DNA of 64,000 nt from NCBI GenBank assembly GCA_038087875.1, contig CM075992.1, positions 4,342,001 through 4,406,000 on the forward strand. The letters run 5' to 3'. Below the pieces are notes generated by a model. The model had not been told where the DNA came from, did not search any database, and was given only the letters and a program-made list of their open reading frames with translations. How positions within the stretch are numbered: the stretch's first letter is position 1; each line of letters begins with the position of its first letter. The DNA is from Malacoraja senta (Eukaryota). Positions 1 to 13,320 of this stretch are shown here, piece by piece. A program made the translations under genes and the position numbers.

Positions 1-78
1 AATCAGTTCCTGGGGCGCATGAAAAGTCATCACGTTTTTCAAGTTCTCTTTGATCTGTCTTTATTGGAACACAGCTTC
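1..78 (-). CDS. C3: C3 exon ~38, cut by window edge (GSCVPIKTDQRELEKRDDFSCAPGTD...)
   Basis: cag|GA AGC TGT; frame open to position 1; CxPGxD motif at the C345C start. Confidence 0.88.
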
Positions 79-699
79 CTGCAGATGCAGAAGAAATGAA
101 AATGTATGTTCAGTATTCATGCATTTAATGCTTCATTTCTTCTCAGTGAATGCTCATTGGTCAACTCTCCAACTCCTTTCTTCAATAGACTATCAATATT
201 ACTTGATTACTTGATCCAGTGAGTGCTTAAACCAGCAACCACTTTTCTAGAACACACAAATAAAATACTAGATTCTGTCTGCATTTTGCTTGTTATAAGC
301 AAGTTACAGTGAAAGGTTTGTGACGGCAAAGATCTAGCAAAACCTTAATGCATGGACAACAAAAGCAACAAAAAAAAATTTAATCTGTTGCATATCTTCA
401 TTAAGCAGAGAATTGGGTCCAATAAATTAAAAAATATCTGGTTTAATAAATGCTGCAAATCCATAATATTTAATTATATTTCCACTAATTGCTCAACCAA
501 ATACTCTTCTTTCTCCTCCTTCCTCCATAACACTTGCTCTTTCAGTTATCTGCGCAAATAAATCTCTTTTACCAGTTCTCGGCAAGATCATGTTTAATAT
601 ACCAAAAAAGTATATTCATGCATTTTTTCTTGAATCTTAAATCATTATGATGTATCTAGTAAAGTATTTTAGTAGCCTTTAGAGTTAAAGTGTCCTTGT

Positions 700-1490
700 C
701 ATAGAGTCATACAGCATGGATAGCATGGGAACAGGCCCAGCAGTTCAACTTGCCCACACTGATCAAGATGCCCTACATACACTAGTCACACCTGCCTGCA
801 TTAGGCCCATATCCTTCTAAAGCTTTCCTATCCATGTACCTGTCCAAATGTCTTTTAAATTACTTGCCTTACAACCTTGTCTGACAGCTCGTTCCATTTA
901 CCCACCATTCTTTGTGTGATAAAGATGCCCTTCAGGTTCCTATTACATCTTTCCCCTCTCGCCTTAAACTTATGTCCTCTGATTCTTGATTCCACTACTA
1001 TGGATAAAAGGCTCTGAGCCGTTACCCTATCCATTTCCACCCCATGATATTATATACCTCTGTAAGATCACCCCTCATTCTATGGCACTCCAAGGAATAA
1101 AGTCTCAGCCTGATGAACCTCGTAGCTTAGGCCCTTAACTCCTGTCAACATCCTCGTAAATCTTCTCTGCTCCCTGATAAACACAAAGTGCTGGAGTAAC
1201 TCAGCGGGTCAGGCAGCATCTCTGGAGAAAAAGGATTTGTGATTTGTTGGGGATGGTCCTGATCTGAAACGTCACCCTTCCTTTTCTCCAGAGATGCTGT
1301 TTGATCCATTGAGTTACTCCAGCACTTTGAGTCTATCTTTGGTATAAACCAGCGTCGGCAGTTCTTTGTTTCTACATTTTCTCTCACCATTTCACCATTA
1401 ACAACGTCTTTCCTATAACAGGATGACCAAAATTAAACACAATACTCCAAATGTGGTTTCACCGCTGTCTTGTACAAAATGTTTTGACAG
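700..1490 (-). mobile_element. CR1 3' fragment interrupted by a Penelope-derived fold-back repeat
   Basis: ESRIRGHKFK...FITQRMVGKWNEL relic and CR1 tail. Confidence 0.7.
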
Positions 1491-1802
1491 ATCCAATTTT
1501 AATTCAGGTTCAATTTCAGTGTGTGCGAATGTACCAAATTGAGTTGATTGACTGGTGGTAGTTCTGTAAGGAATCACCCGCTGCTGCCCATTCATGGCTC
1601 AGTTCTCCTTGGACATTTGGTAAAACATGGAACTTCTGATCTTATACAATCATAGAAATCGTTGACACAAAATGCTTTCATAAGAATATTTTGCATTGGA
1701 TAAAAAATATAGGCTAGGCATTATCATTTTATGACATCGGGCAACTGCTTTCCATGCAGGAAGTCAGTGAAAACCTGCGGTTAACATGAAACTCTATTCT
1801 TA

Positions 1803-2005
1803 AGGGCCTGTCCCACTTTCACGACCTAATTCATGACATTTTTTACTCGTGGACATTATTCATCACGTTGAAAAAACGCCCTGATCTACTTGATGCCACG
1901 ACTAGCATCACGACCTGCTACGACCTACCTACGACCTTGTGACGACCGTGCTGCGAGTATGTCAAGGGCAAACTCGGTAGAGGTCGTGAAATTGGGACAG
2001 GCCCT
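1803..2005. mobile_element. PIF/Harbinger-like MITE
   Basis: TIR AGGGCCTGTCCCA(C/A)TTTCACGACCT at both ends; TTA on both flanks. Confidence 0.8.
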
Positions 2006-3005
2006 TTACAGAGATTAATCATCTACAGATACTGACTACCACCTTTTAATTGGTGGTGACACAAAGTTATTTGCAACTGAGCTGTGGTTGGAACTGTAGA
2101 TAGTCAAGGAGAGAATAGCGATGCTAAAGAGATTGATGTACATACAAGAAATTATATTCATCTCATGCTGCTGACTACCATAGCAATCAGAATATTGCTG
2201 GATATAATTCATGTTAAACATCCATGAAACTTTCAGATTTCACTAATATTACCTCATGTAACTGCTACTAACTGTCACAGAAATGGGTGCTCTGCTAACA
2301 TGGAACTGAGCACTGGAGCATGTGGTCACAGAATCCTCCTATTCAATGTTATTTTTTGTGATGGTACATACAAGTATAGTGCACCAGTGCCTCTAAATGG
2401 TTAAAAACGAAACAGATGTATAGCATTCCATGGTGTTGCACGAACAGTTATGTGTATTGGCACATTTTTGTTCTCAAAAAAGGCACTGCCTCCATTTCAA
2501 GTAGAATATTTGTATATAGACCTTGCGCTAGGTTGGAGGAGGTTCAGTGACAACAAACCCCACTGATTTATTTCAAATGGGGACAGCAGTGAAGGATTGA
2601 GGAAAATGTTTTGTGAATTTTACTTTAACTTGTGTTAAGTCATCTTGCTTCTCAGGTTTCCTGTTAATTTAGGTTTTTAAATTGTTTATTCGTGTTTGAG
2701 ATTTTAAGAAATGTACAGTTTTTGACAACATTGGCAGGATATGAATGAGCCACTTGCCAAGTAGATTTCTCTTTGTCTGCAGGGTAACTTGCTTTGGCTG
2801 TTCCATCAGACATTTTGTTTGGCATCTGATATCCCTTCAACCACAGACCCTTATTGAAAATGATTGGACTAGTTTTCAAGCAAAATGTTTACTGGAACAA
2901 TTTTGCAAACAAACTATATTTTATTTTGAGTTTACGCAATTCATTCGATCAGAATGTGTGGATAGAGCAGCAAATATGCAGAAAATACTTTAAAATCTGT
3001 CTTAC

Positions 3006-3095
3006 CTTCCGCACATTTGCACACGTCACCTTGACATATTTTACTTAGCATAGCACTGTGTTCGGGGACATTGTAGAATTTAGTGCAAGTCTTTG
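3006..3095 (-). CDS. C3: C3 exon ~37 ([29 protein letters not shown])
   Basis: tag|CA AAG...GAA G|gtaaga; 90 bp. Confidence 0.94.
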
Positions 3096-3575
3096 CTATA
3101 GATGGATAAAATAAATTATGTGAATACATCATAGTTCTGACTTAATAAAATATCTTCATCTTGGTATTAACTAAAACATGTGTGTAAAAATTCTCTCTTG
3201 ATGATCAGAATAAAACACTAAATCAAATAAACTTATTTTAGGAATGGATAAATTAAAATCCTTGCCATACATTTTTGCTGAGCATTTACCTATGTTCAAT
3301 AGGCTAATGTTAATAAATGTGCAATGTGTTGCAATGAAATTTTATCCTTAATTTGCACATTTTTTGTTATATCTGTCAGGATAATGTAGCACATTCATTA
3401 TCTTTTTTGAAGAAAGCTATATGTTTATGTACAATATTTTTAAATTTCCCAATCCATTTCTATCTCAGTTTTTATCCAATCTCATTCTATCCCAAATCTA
3501 TTTCCGTTTTTGTTGTTTCTACCCCCTTCAGAAATCAAACTAAATTTATAAAACATCCTTGTCACTTGTGCTCAC

Positions 3576-3681
3576 TTGTATCATAATATTCATATATCTT
3601 GACAGCAGCTGGTTGAATCAGTCCAACGTTGTAGAATTGGTGCACATAAAATGCAACGCAGCTCTCTCCGATATTTGATAC
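3576..3681 (-). CDS. C3: C3 exon ~36 ([35 protein letters not shown])
   Basis: cag|GTA...ACA A|gtgagc; 106 bp. Confidence 0.94.
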
Positions 3682-6077
3682 CTGCAGGACAATGTCATGA
3701 GTCATGTATCAGAACACGGTTGATCAGTTCTTGATTAGCTACAAGAATTGTTCGGAAATCCATGCAGTATCCTAAATACATATGCCATCCAGCACTGGTG
3801 CATTATAGCTGTAGTGTTCCATCCACTAAATGAGCCTCAATGGCTCAGCATCCATAACAGTATATCTCAAACATGTGACTTTAAACATAGGAAGGCAAAG
3901 GCAGCAGATGCATGGGAACACCACTGGCCTTCAAGTTGCACATTGTGCTCTCTTGGTAATTTCTAACTATGCGTTGATTGCTATTTATCTAAATTCTGGA
4001 ACTTCCAATTGTACTGTGATTCAAGAAGGAACCTCATTGTCATTTACTTAAGCTTAATGATGGACAATAAAGGAATACCCCACCTCTCAGTAAATAAAAC
4101 TGTGAATGTTAATTTGTCAATATTATTGGTACTACAGCTCTACTGCCATTAAGAGCTGTTAAAAAAAGCCTGTTGCTTCAGAATTGCTTAAAACTAATAA
4201 AATCTGGTATCATGTTGAGACATGAAACCAAGTAATTGACACAAAAATAAAAGAATAACAATAATAGGATTATTACACACTGAATACTTGGCTAAAATCT
4301 GAGCAAATTAATGAAATAAGCAGGAACATTACGTGATATCCTTTCCATCTTTACAAACGGAGTGTGAACTTATCAAAAAACAACGAGGGTTTTTTTTTAC
4401 ATGATGTTCAGCAAAACTATTCTATTGTGCACACAATCATTACTTCGTCTAAATTATACCTTCTTTGGGCAACTCATGGAATTACACAAAGGTGGTTTTA
4501 CTTTGTTTTAGATTTTGAGCCACTGCATTAAAAAATATATAAATCTGGCCTCAAAGTGCGCGTTTAACAATTTCTTATCATGATTCTGCCATTCCTATTT
4601 ACAACCTTTCCAGATCCACTTCCTGTTTCTTAATAGAGAAAACTAGAACTGCAGATGCTGAAATCTTGCTCAAAACACAACCTCAGCGGATCAGGTAGCA
4701 GCTGTGGAGGAAAAGGATAGGCAACGTTTCGGGTCTGGAACTCTTCTTCATTTCTGACAACGATTTCTGGTCTGAAAAAGAGACCCAACCTAAAATGTTG
4801 TTTATCTAATTCCACTGTAGATGCTACCAGACCCACTGTGTCACTCCAGCGTTTCACTCTGTTTCTTAATATTCATTTTCTTTATGATTTAAACCATTCC
4901 CATTATTTCCATCCCCCTATTTTTCTGCCTCTTAAAACTTGTTTAAGCTCAATTTTATCTACTTATGAGAAAAAGACCTTGACAAGAAAAGCTAATTCCA
5001 GTTCTCCCTCTGTAGATCCTGGCTGACCTGCTATGTTTGGCCGGCATTTTCTACATGCCAGAATTCCATCATTTGCAGCATTTTGCTGGTTTCTTCTTCA
5101 TAGGCAGAGTCTCAAGATGCAAGATGATTTGTGCCCATTCATGTTTTATGTATTCTGAGGTGGCTGACTAAGCCAATGTGGAAACCACAGATTCCTCACT
5201 GATGGAGCACGAGGTGCCTTGTGAAGTGGTGCACTCCTTCCACCATTTACGCAGGTCTTAATACCTGAATACATCATGCTATTTTGGGAAAGAATCTAAC
5301 ATAATCAAAGACCACCAACACACTGGTCATTCTCTCTTCTCCCCTCATCCATTGGATAGATTTTTTTAAAACTTGAAAGTACTTAGATTCAGGAACAGAT
5401 TCTTCACAACTGACCTCTTAGCTTGTTTGTTTTACTGATTTCATATCCTACCTCATTACCACCCTTGCTCCTTTTTTATCTGTGCTTTCTCAGTAGCTGT
5501 ATCACTATTTTGCACACTCTGATTATTTTTCTCTTTGCAGTACCATATTGCTTGATGATACGATACAATTTGACTGAATAGCACTCAAAGAATTTTCACT
5601 GTATCGATGCCTGTGACAATAATCCAATACCAAGAACTCATCATTTATTGTGCAAGACCTTGTGTTTGGCTTCGACCAATCAAGAACCAGCTTTAATTGT
5701 GCCTCAGTGGGTAACATTCCATCTTTCACCTTGAAGCCAGAGGCTTAAGAGCCAGGCTGAAGAGCATCTCTTAAGACTCAAATTCTTCTGTGCAGTTCTG
5801 AGGAAATGCGGTCATAGTGGAGTGCGCTGCTTTTCAGGCTAGGTGTTAAACCGAGCAATGAATGCCGTCATGGAAGATCTGATTGAAGAGTTGGAGCTAT
5901 CTCCTGATCATAATCAAAAGTTTCCTTTCATTCCCACACCACAAAAACAGAAAACACTCATGATGTTTGTGGGAGCGTTCTAAGCACAAAATGTGTCAGC
6001 AGAACATTACATAAAAAAAATTAAAGCTCTTCGGGAAGTATTTTTCTCATTGTTTTCAAAATATAGGACTCTCTTAC

Positions 6078-6167
6078 CGTATTTAAATAAATGATCAGTG
6101 ATCCTGCAGTAGACAATGCCTTGTCTACCTCAAATCTTGATATATAATTCTCTATTCCATCTTTAAG
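6078..6167 (-). CDS. C3: C3 exon ~35 (LKDGIENYISRFEVDKALSTAGSLIIYLNT)
   Basis: cag|CTT...ACG|gtaaga; 90 bp. Confidence 0.94.
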
Positions 6168-6746
6168 CTGGAAATAAGATAGAATATTTGTTAGTGGAAT
6201 TATTCGGAGTGGCAATGGAATCGACAGGTGAGAAAGGTACCAAGGAACCTTTGTGTGGTGAAAGCAAGGTTCAAGGATCACAACAGCCGGTGAGAATCAG
6301 TAGGTAAACATTTTGCTTCACATTCTTTGAACATCTCCTCTAAATTAACATTTCAGTGGTAGGCTCTCTCTCCACCAAATGTGCATCAAGATTCAATCAA
6401 AGTATCCAGAATATTATTCAGGCTCTCTTCTTCCCACCTCTCTTCTTCCCCCCCCTCTCCCACCCACCCCCCCCCCATCCCCACTCACAGCAGTCTGAAA
6501 AAGGGTTTTGACCCAAAACGTTGCCTATTTCTTTCGCTCCATAGATGCTGCCTCACCCGCTGAGTTTCTCCAGCATTTTTGTCGACAGCATTTCAGGCTT
6601 GATTCTCAGTTGTTAGGTAATGGTTAGGTAGAATGTCAGAACATACAGTATACACCACTTATCCCTTTTGTAACCTTAGTTGGAGATATGTGAACATTTC
6701 TACAATATAAATTCAAGTCTTTCTTAATAATGAACACGTAGCATAC

Positions 6747-6834
6747 CTGTTCAAGATCATTGCTATCTGGAGTAAATCCAGTTAACATGGAAACATCCAA
6801 AATAACCATTGAGGATGGTGTTTCACCATGGTAG
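6747..6834 (-). CDS. C3: C3 exon ~34 (YHGETPSSMVILDVSMLTGFTPDSNDLEQ)
   Basis: cag|C TAC...CAG|gtatgc; 88 bp. Confidence 0.94.
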
Positions 6835-8118
6835 CTGCAAAGGACAAATTAGAACAGCTTAGTTAAAAAACAGATCTTGTGAGCTTTTAACAATAAGAGA
6901 AAGGCGGCACAATGGTGCAGCTGTAGAGTTGCTGCCTTACAGTGTCAGAGAGCCACGTTCAATCCTGACGACAGGTGCTGTCTCTATGGAGTTTGTACAT
7001 TCTTTCTGTGACCATGTGGGTTTCCTCAATATGTATCTTCTCAGTTTAGTTTAGTTTGGAGCTGCAGCATAGAAACAGGCTCTTCGGCCTACCGAGTCCA
7101 CGGCGACCAACGATCACCCATGCAGAAGTGTGAAAATGCTTCAGGGACAGTTTCTTCCCAGCTGTTATCAGGCAACTGAACCATCCTATCAACAATCAAA
7201 GAGTGGTCCTGAGCTACCATCTACCTCATTGGGGACCCTTGGACTATGTTTAATCAGACTTTACTGGACTTTATCTGTCACTAAACATTATTTATTTTAT
7301 CCTGTATCTGTACTCTGTTTACGGCTTAATTGTAATCATGTAATGTCTTTCTGCTGACTGGAAAGCACACAACAAAAATGTTTTACACTGTACCTCGGTA
7401 CACTAAACTAAACTAAACACCATTCTTGTACTCCACCAACACCAGCCTATACCCCACTGTCCTGGCACATACAGTCTGCCAGAAGTAGCATAGCTTATTG
7501 ACCATGATAGGGATTACTTTTGTCTGAAGGTGTGAGCTGAATTCCTTTCCCTTGCCACCTCCATGTAGTTAGAATGTGTGTTGCTGCCGTCTGACTGTCA
7601 GTGACATGGCTGCTCATAATGGTTGATGTCATCTGACTGCAGCAGAGCAAAGAGTGGGGATTGGCACTGAAATGAGTTGAGTTCCATGCGCAAGGCCTGT
7701 TTTCGGCTTTGTTTCTGGATGTAAACCATACCGACACTTTCACAGTGGTTGTTTTTCTTTGTGGGAAACACAGTTTGGTGTTCATACAAAAACACTGCTG
7801 TACTAACTCAGAAAGAGAAATCTAATACATTTTCAATGGTTTAGAATTTTCTCCTGCAAATGAGAAACAATAGTTTTAAATTTGTGAATAACAGATTTTT
7901 GTTAACTGAGGTCATAGATAGATTTGAAGAAAAGGTGATGAAATGGAATAAGATCACAGATCAGTCATGATCTGACTGACTAATGGAACAGGCTTGAGGG
8001 GCTAATTGGACCCTTGAGAAATCCAATGTTTCTATATTCTCTCAGTAAGTTCTCAAACTAATTTCCTGCTTGATTACACATCACAAACATTAAGCTCATT
8101 ATGATCTGAGCTACTTAC

Positions 8119-8170
8119 CGTGCGCAGATTTTTAGCAGGAGCGAATTTAGAGCACCTTCAGGTCGCCGAA
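8119..8170 (-). CDS. C3: C3 exon ~33 (VRRPEGALNSLLLKICAR)
   Basis: tag|TT CGG...GCA CG|gtaagt; 52 bp. Confidence 0.9.
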
Positions 8171-8296
8171 CTAGAAATATGCAAAACAAGGTAAATTACT
8201 GTAATCCATATACTTATGTTCCCAATTGTAACTCTAACATATATAAGTGAGATTTTTCATATGATTTAAGTCATTTAAATTACTTTCTGAAACATT

Positions 8297-8586
8297 GGGG
8301 GTGGCACAGTGGTAGAGTTGTTGCCTTACAGCACCAGACACCCGGCTTCAATACTGACTATGGGTGCTCTCTGTTCAGTTTGTACGTTCTCTCTGTGACC
8401 GCATAAGATTTCTCTGGGTGCTCCTGTTTCACTCCAAAGACTGACAGGTTTGTAGGTTAATTGGCTTTGGTAAATTGTAAGTGTCCCCAGTGTGTAGGAT
8501 AGTGCTAGTGTAAGGTGTGATCACTGGCCGGCACGGACTCGGTGGGCCGAAGGGCCTGCTTCCATGGTGTATCACTGAAGTCTAAA
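8297..8586 (+). mobile_element. HE1-type V-SINE
   Basis: Same consensus as 51757-52066; further copies at 6903-7030 (+), 44931-45166 (+), 47394-47712 (-) and 52545-52765 (-). Confidence 0.8.
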
Positions 8587-9002
8587 GAAACAGTTGCTGC
8601 TCATCTGGATATTTTAGCAAGATTTCAGCCCATTCGAGGTGCAGTTTTGAGGTATGACTGTTGACAGGATAAAAAGAATGCTGTTCACCTGAGAGCTCAG
8701 ACAGAACCTTCATTCCATATCTGATCTCGAAGATATTACCTCCAATTGTGCAGCATTCACTTAGTATTACACTATTGTACAGCTGGGTCATGTGCTTAAA
8801 TATCTGGAGTGTAATCTAAAACCATGACTTCTCTGGAGGAAACAGTTTTATCAATAGAGGCAAAACTGACCATTTGGCAATAAATTATTTTTTGTTTTGG
8901 CCTTTTAACCTGGCCCCTTGCTCCCACTTCACTGGCTGTTTGTCTGATGCATGTATCAGTGAAAAGAGTCCAATTGCTGTGGAAGGATTTCTCTGGTCAA
9001 TT

Positions 9003-9173
9003 CAGAGAGAGAGGGGGGAGAGAGAGGGGGGAGAGAGGTGGTGAGGGAGAGAGGGGGTGAGGGAGCGAGGGGGTGAGGGAGAGAGGGGGAAAGAGAAGAG
9101 GGGGGAGAGAGTGGAGGGGGGGGGGAGAGAGAGGGAGGGAGAGAGAGGGAGGGAGAGAGGGAGAGAGAGAGAG
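9003..9173. repeat. (GA)n/G-rich low-complexity tract
   Basis: Visible directly. Confidence 0.9.
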
Positions 9174-9311
9174 ATCTTATTTTTGTTGACTAAAGTACAA
9201 GAATTGCAACTATGATTCCTGTTTTTTTAATTGCATTTCATAGTTTGCTGTGGACCAACTAGTACAGATAATCTCAATATCGAGAAATAATGCTTCCAGT
9301 GCACTGCTCAC

Positions 9312-9402
9312 CTTTCTCACCACTTTCGACAATTATTTCCAAATCGAAATTCTTACATTCCTTAATACCCTTGGGCAACATTGCATAATAAGTTGTCGAA
9401 AT
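9312..9402 (-). CDS. C3: C3 exon ~32 (ISTTYYAMLPKGIKECKNFDLEIIVESGEK)
   Basis: cag|ATT...AAA G|gtgagc; 91 bp; CxxFDL motif. Confidence 0.92.
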
Positions 9403-10074
9403 CTGTATAAAGAAAAGAAAGTTAGGGGTTACATGTCAGAAGTTAAACCACTGATAAAAATAGAGAAATATAGGGATAGCAATATTTAAAAATATATACA
9501 TTATACATTTTATATCAGGTACCATATAGACTGTCATCAGTTCAATTATTGATCTTCCTTCATTAACCATTCTCCATTGGAAGTGTCTCTGTTTTTTTTG
9601 CTTTTAATGGATTATTTGGTTGGCTGGACTGAGGTTATTAACAATGTTAGGTATGATTTGCTTTTGATTTTATTTCTGTGATCGGTGGTAAATTATGATC
9701 ATTCTGTATATTACAAATTGGATATAGAAGCACAATAGGTTTATGAATGATTCACAAGGCTGACACTAGAACGGAGAAGATATATATTGAGAAACCAAAT
9801 AAAATTTACTCCAATTATGTTCATTCATTGCTTTCCTTCTCCCTCTCTTTCCTCTCCCAAATCCCCCCCTCTTTTCTTTCTTCCTCACTCTTTAATTATC
9901 TTGCTCTTTCCTTCATCCATCCATCTCTCTTCCCTTTTCTCTCACCCTTCAAATCCTAGTCCCACATCCCCCACCTCACTCGCTTACCCTCTGCCTCCCA
10001 TGCCAACGCCATTTATGCAGTCACTCCTGTTCTTGACATAATGGACTTGGTTATCCATGATTCAAAAACAGAAG

Positions 10075-10560
10075 TTGGAAAGGTTACAGAGAAAAGCTGG
10101 AAAGGTTAGAGAAGATTTACGATGATGTTGCCGGGACCAGAGGGTCTGAGCTATTGGGAGAGGTTGAGTAGGTTGGGACTCTATTTCTTGGAGGGCAGGA
10201 GGATGAGGGGTGATCTTATAGAGGTGTATAAAATCATGACAGGAATAGATCCAGAGTAGGTGAATCGAGGACCAGAAGACATAGGTTTAAGGTAAAGGGG
10301 AAAAGATTTAATAGGAATCTGACAGATAACATTTTCACACAAAGGGTGATGGGTGTATGGAACAAGCTGCCAGAGGAGGTCGTTGAGGTTGGAACTATCC
10401 CAACATTTAAGAAACAGTTAGACAGGTGCATGGATAGGGCAGGTTTGGAGGGATATGGGCCAAACATGGGCAGATGGGACTAGTTGGCTGGGACATGTTG
10501 GCGGGTGTGAGCAAATTGTGCTGAAGGGCCTGTTTCCACACTGCATCACACTATGACACT
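10075..10560 (+). mobile_element. CR1 LINE 3' fragment
   Basis: Same ORF2 C-terminal and 3' UTR sequence as other copies (aagggcctgtttcc tail). Confidence 0.75.
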
Positions 10561-11686
10561 TTGACTCGAAGTGGGAATGGGGAGTATCTATGATCCAACA
10601 CCATTGGTAGGTGTCCATAGTCAAACATGTTTACCATTCAAGGCTGCATGTGACCGGCAAAAGGACTACACGTTGTATGAGGAATGCATTAATTTACTGC
10701 ATTAAGTTGCTTTTGCAATAATCATGTGGTTTAATGACAATTAATTGTCAACCTTAATTATAATAACCCTAATTACCATTTTTTTAGAAGCATTTTGAAA
10801 GCTTAATTACGTGTTCATTTACTTTTCAGTTTCCTTCCACTTTGACTGAAAACTTGTGATGATAGATGGACAGTTCCCAAAGTCATATGCTATCATAAAT
10901 GGTAAATGTATCCATTATTGGTTCCATGGTTTCTCCTCTCAAAAGAGAGAGACTGCATTTTCTGTTTTTCAGTATAGAGCAGTTCGCTCCTTCCATGTGA
11001 ATAGATCATAATGTCTCTCCCACCTCTTTCGAATTACAGGTGCTCCCCGTGTTACGAAACATCTATCTGACTTACGGAAATTCATCTTAACGCCAAGAAC
11101 TTAACTTTGCAATTTTTCTTGGGTCCACACCATTGACAATTTCCTAATCTTTTCACCTTGCCTTTTGATCAACTTCTCCTTGCTTACAGTGAAGTCTTCC
11201 GATGTTCAGTTCAGCATTTCACCCTTCACTCATCCACAATGTCATTATTGGCTTGTTTGTTTGTATCTAGATGGGCTATTTTCTCTCTGGTATCGACAGA
11301 GATGTTTACCCCCCGTATTCTATGTTTTTTCTCTCTAAAATATTCCTCTATGTTTTCCCTCACCGATTTAAAATCAGGACTATTCTAAATTTTCATTCTG
11401 CTATTTTTCTTATTTGCATTCTTCACATTCTGGCACTTTGAGCCGGTTGCAGAAAGGGAAATGAGTGAACAGGAATAATAATCATCCATCTTCTTATCTG
11501 ACTGTTGTCTATCGGGAGTCGGGTGCTTTAAATTGAATTGTGGTCGCTCTATTGTATAAAGTACCATATAACAATGACATTTTTTTTTCATTGTTATTCA
11601 ATTTATTGTAAAAGGTCTGCAGAAAAAGGGCCATTAATAAATCCAGAAGGAATTTACCCAAAGAAATGCTAGCAATCAACACTTAC

Positions 11687-11746
11687 TTTTATTGATCCTT
11701 GTCCTTGTCCCTTTGCAGTTACAGTAAACTCTTCAAAAGCATTAAA
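11687..11746 (-). CDS. C3: C3 exon ~31 (FNAFEEFTVTAKGQGQGSIK)
   Basis: cag|TTT...AAA|gtaagt; 60 bp; FTVTAxGxGQG motif. Confidence 0.93.
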
Positions 11747-12224
11747 CTGAAATTACAAAAACATAGATCATACATTTGTCTCAACAAGTAAAAATATAAT
11801 GAAACAGAACCCAAATAAGACTACTCAGGTTTGTGTACCAATACCTTTAATAAATGACATACAAATACTTTATGCTGTCACATTCTGACAAAGGAAAAAA
11901 AGGGCATGGAGGTAATTCCGACATTCCTTCCTTGTTCTCAGGATGTGATTTATGGGATGAGAAAGGGAGTCCTTGTTGTGCAGTACTGCTGACATTTGTG
12001 GTGGTGTCGGGGTGGGGTGAAAGCTGGAAGAGAGGAGGGGCAGGACAAAGGCCAGGGATGAAAAGACAAAAATTGTGAGGTGAAATCAGATGAAGGAAGG
12101 AATCTAGATGAAAGGGGTGACAGATGTGGAGAGAAATGGGCGTGTTTAGGTGGCGCACAGGGAAGAGTGGGAGAGAGGGGAAAAAGAGTGGGGGGGGGGT
12201 GGTTGTTTGTGGGTTAGTTACCTA

Positions 12225-12666
12225 CTTACTAAAGATTGAAAAGACTAGGCTTGTATTCATTGGAGTTTAGAAGGATGAGGGGATATCTTATCGAAACTAT
12301 ATAAAATTATAAAAGGACTGGACAAGCTAGATGCAGGAAAAATGTTCCCAATGTTGGGCTAGTCCAGAACCAGGGGCCACAGTCTTAGAATAAAGGGGAG
12401 GTCATTTAAGACTGAGGTGAGAAAACACTTTTTCACCCAGAGAGTTGTGAATTTGTGGAATTCCCTGCCACAGAGGGCAGTGGAGGCCAAATCACTGGAT
12501 GGATTTAAGAGAGAGTTAGATAGAGCTCTAGGGGCTAGTGGAGTCAAGGGATATGGGGAGAAGGCAGGCACGGGTTATTGATAGGGGACGATCAGCCATG
12601 ATCACAATGAATGGCGGTGCTGGCTCGAAGGGCCGAATGGCCTCCTCCTGCAACTATTTTCTATGT
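12225..12666 (+). mobile_element. 5'-truncated CR1 3' end nested in a Penelope-like fragment; flanking TTACCTA repeat
   Basis: RLGLYSLEFRR...FFTQRVVNLWNSLP; GGCCGAATGGCC hairpin tail; TTACCTA at 12218-12224 and 12667-12673. Confidence 0.85.
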
Positions 12667-13320
12667 TTACCTAAAATTTGAGAATCCAATGTCCATACTG
12701 TTAACACAGTAAGCTACCAAAATGGAATATGAGATGTTATTCCTCCAGTTTATGTGTGGCCTCACTCTGGCAATGAAGGAGGCCCAGGACAGAAAGGTCA
12801 GTATAGGAGGGGAGTTAAAATGCTTAGCATCCAGGAGATCCAGCACACACACACCAAAATCCTATACTTCCAGCGGCGGAAGTCCAGAGGAACTGGAGGA
12901 CAGAGATGTGTGGTGCGTCCGTCACTGTTCCCGTTGGAAACCAGCACCACTGCGTAGCTAATGTTTTCAACGATGATGAATGAATGAAGCACTTAGGTGA
13001 AACGATCACAAATGTTTCGTGAAACAGTTTACATGGTCCCGCCGATGTAAAGCAAGCAACATCAGGTACACTGAACGCAGTATCGCTTCTGACTCCTCTC
13101 ACTTTCTACAAGTTAAAGGTATAGCCATGGTACTCTCACGGTTTCTAGCTATGCTTGCCTTTTTGTTGCTTACATCGAACAGTCCTTGTTCCAGACGTGC
13201 ACAGGAACCACCCCTCAACTCTTTCTCCGCAACATTTAAGACTGCATCAGTGCAGAACTCTGATTTAATTACCTTCACCATTCAACTCCTCGGTTCACTC
13301 ATCGCATACCACCCCCTGTC

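Noticed and set aside
10800..11610. Possible extra C3 exon or gene fragment
   Set aside because: Exons ~31 and ~32 already join in phase; this stretch has no open frame with splice sites and looks like a decayed repeat.
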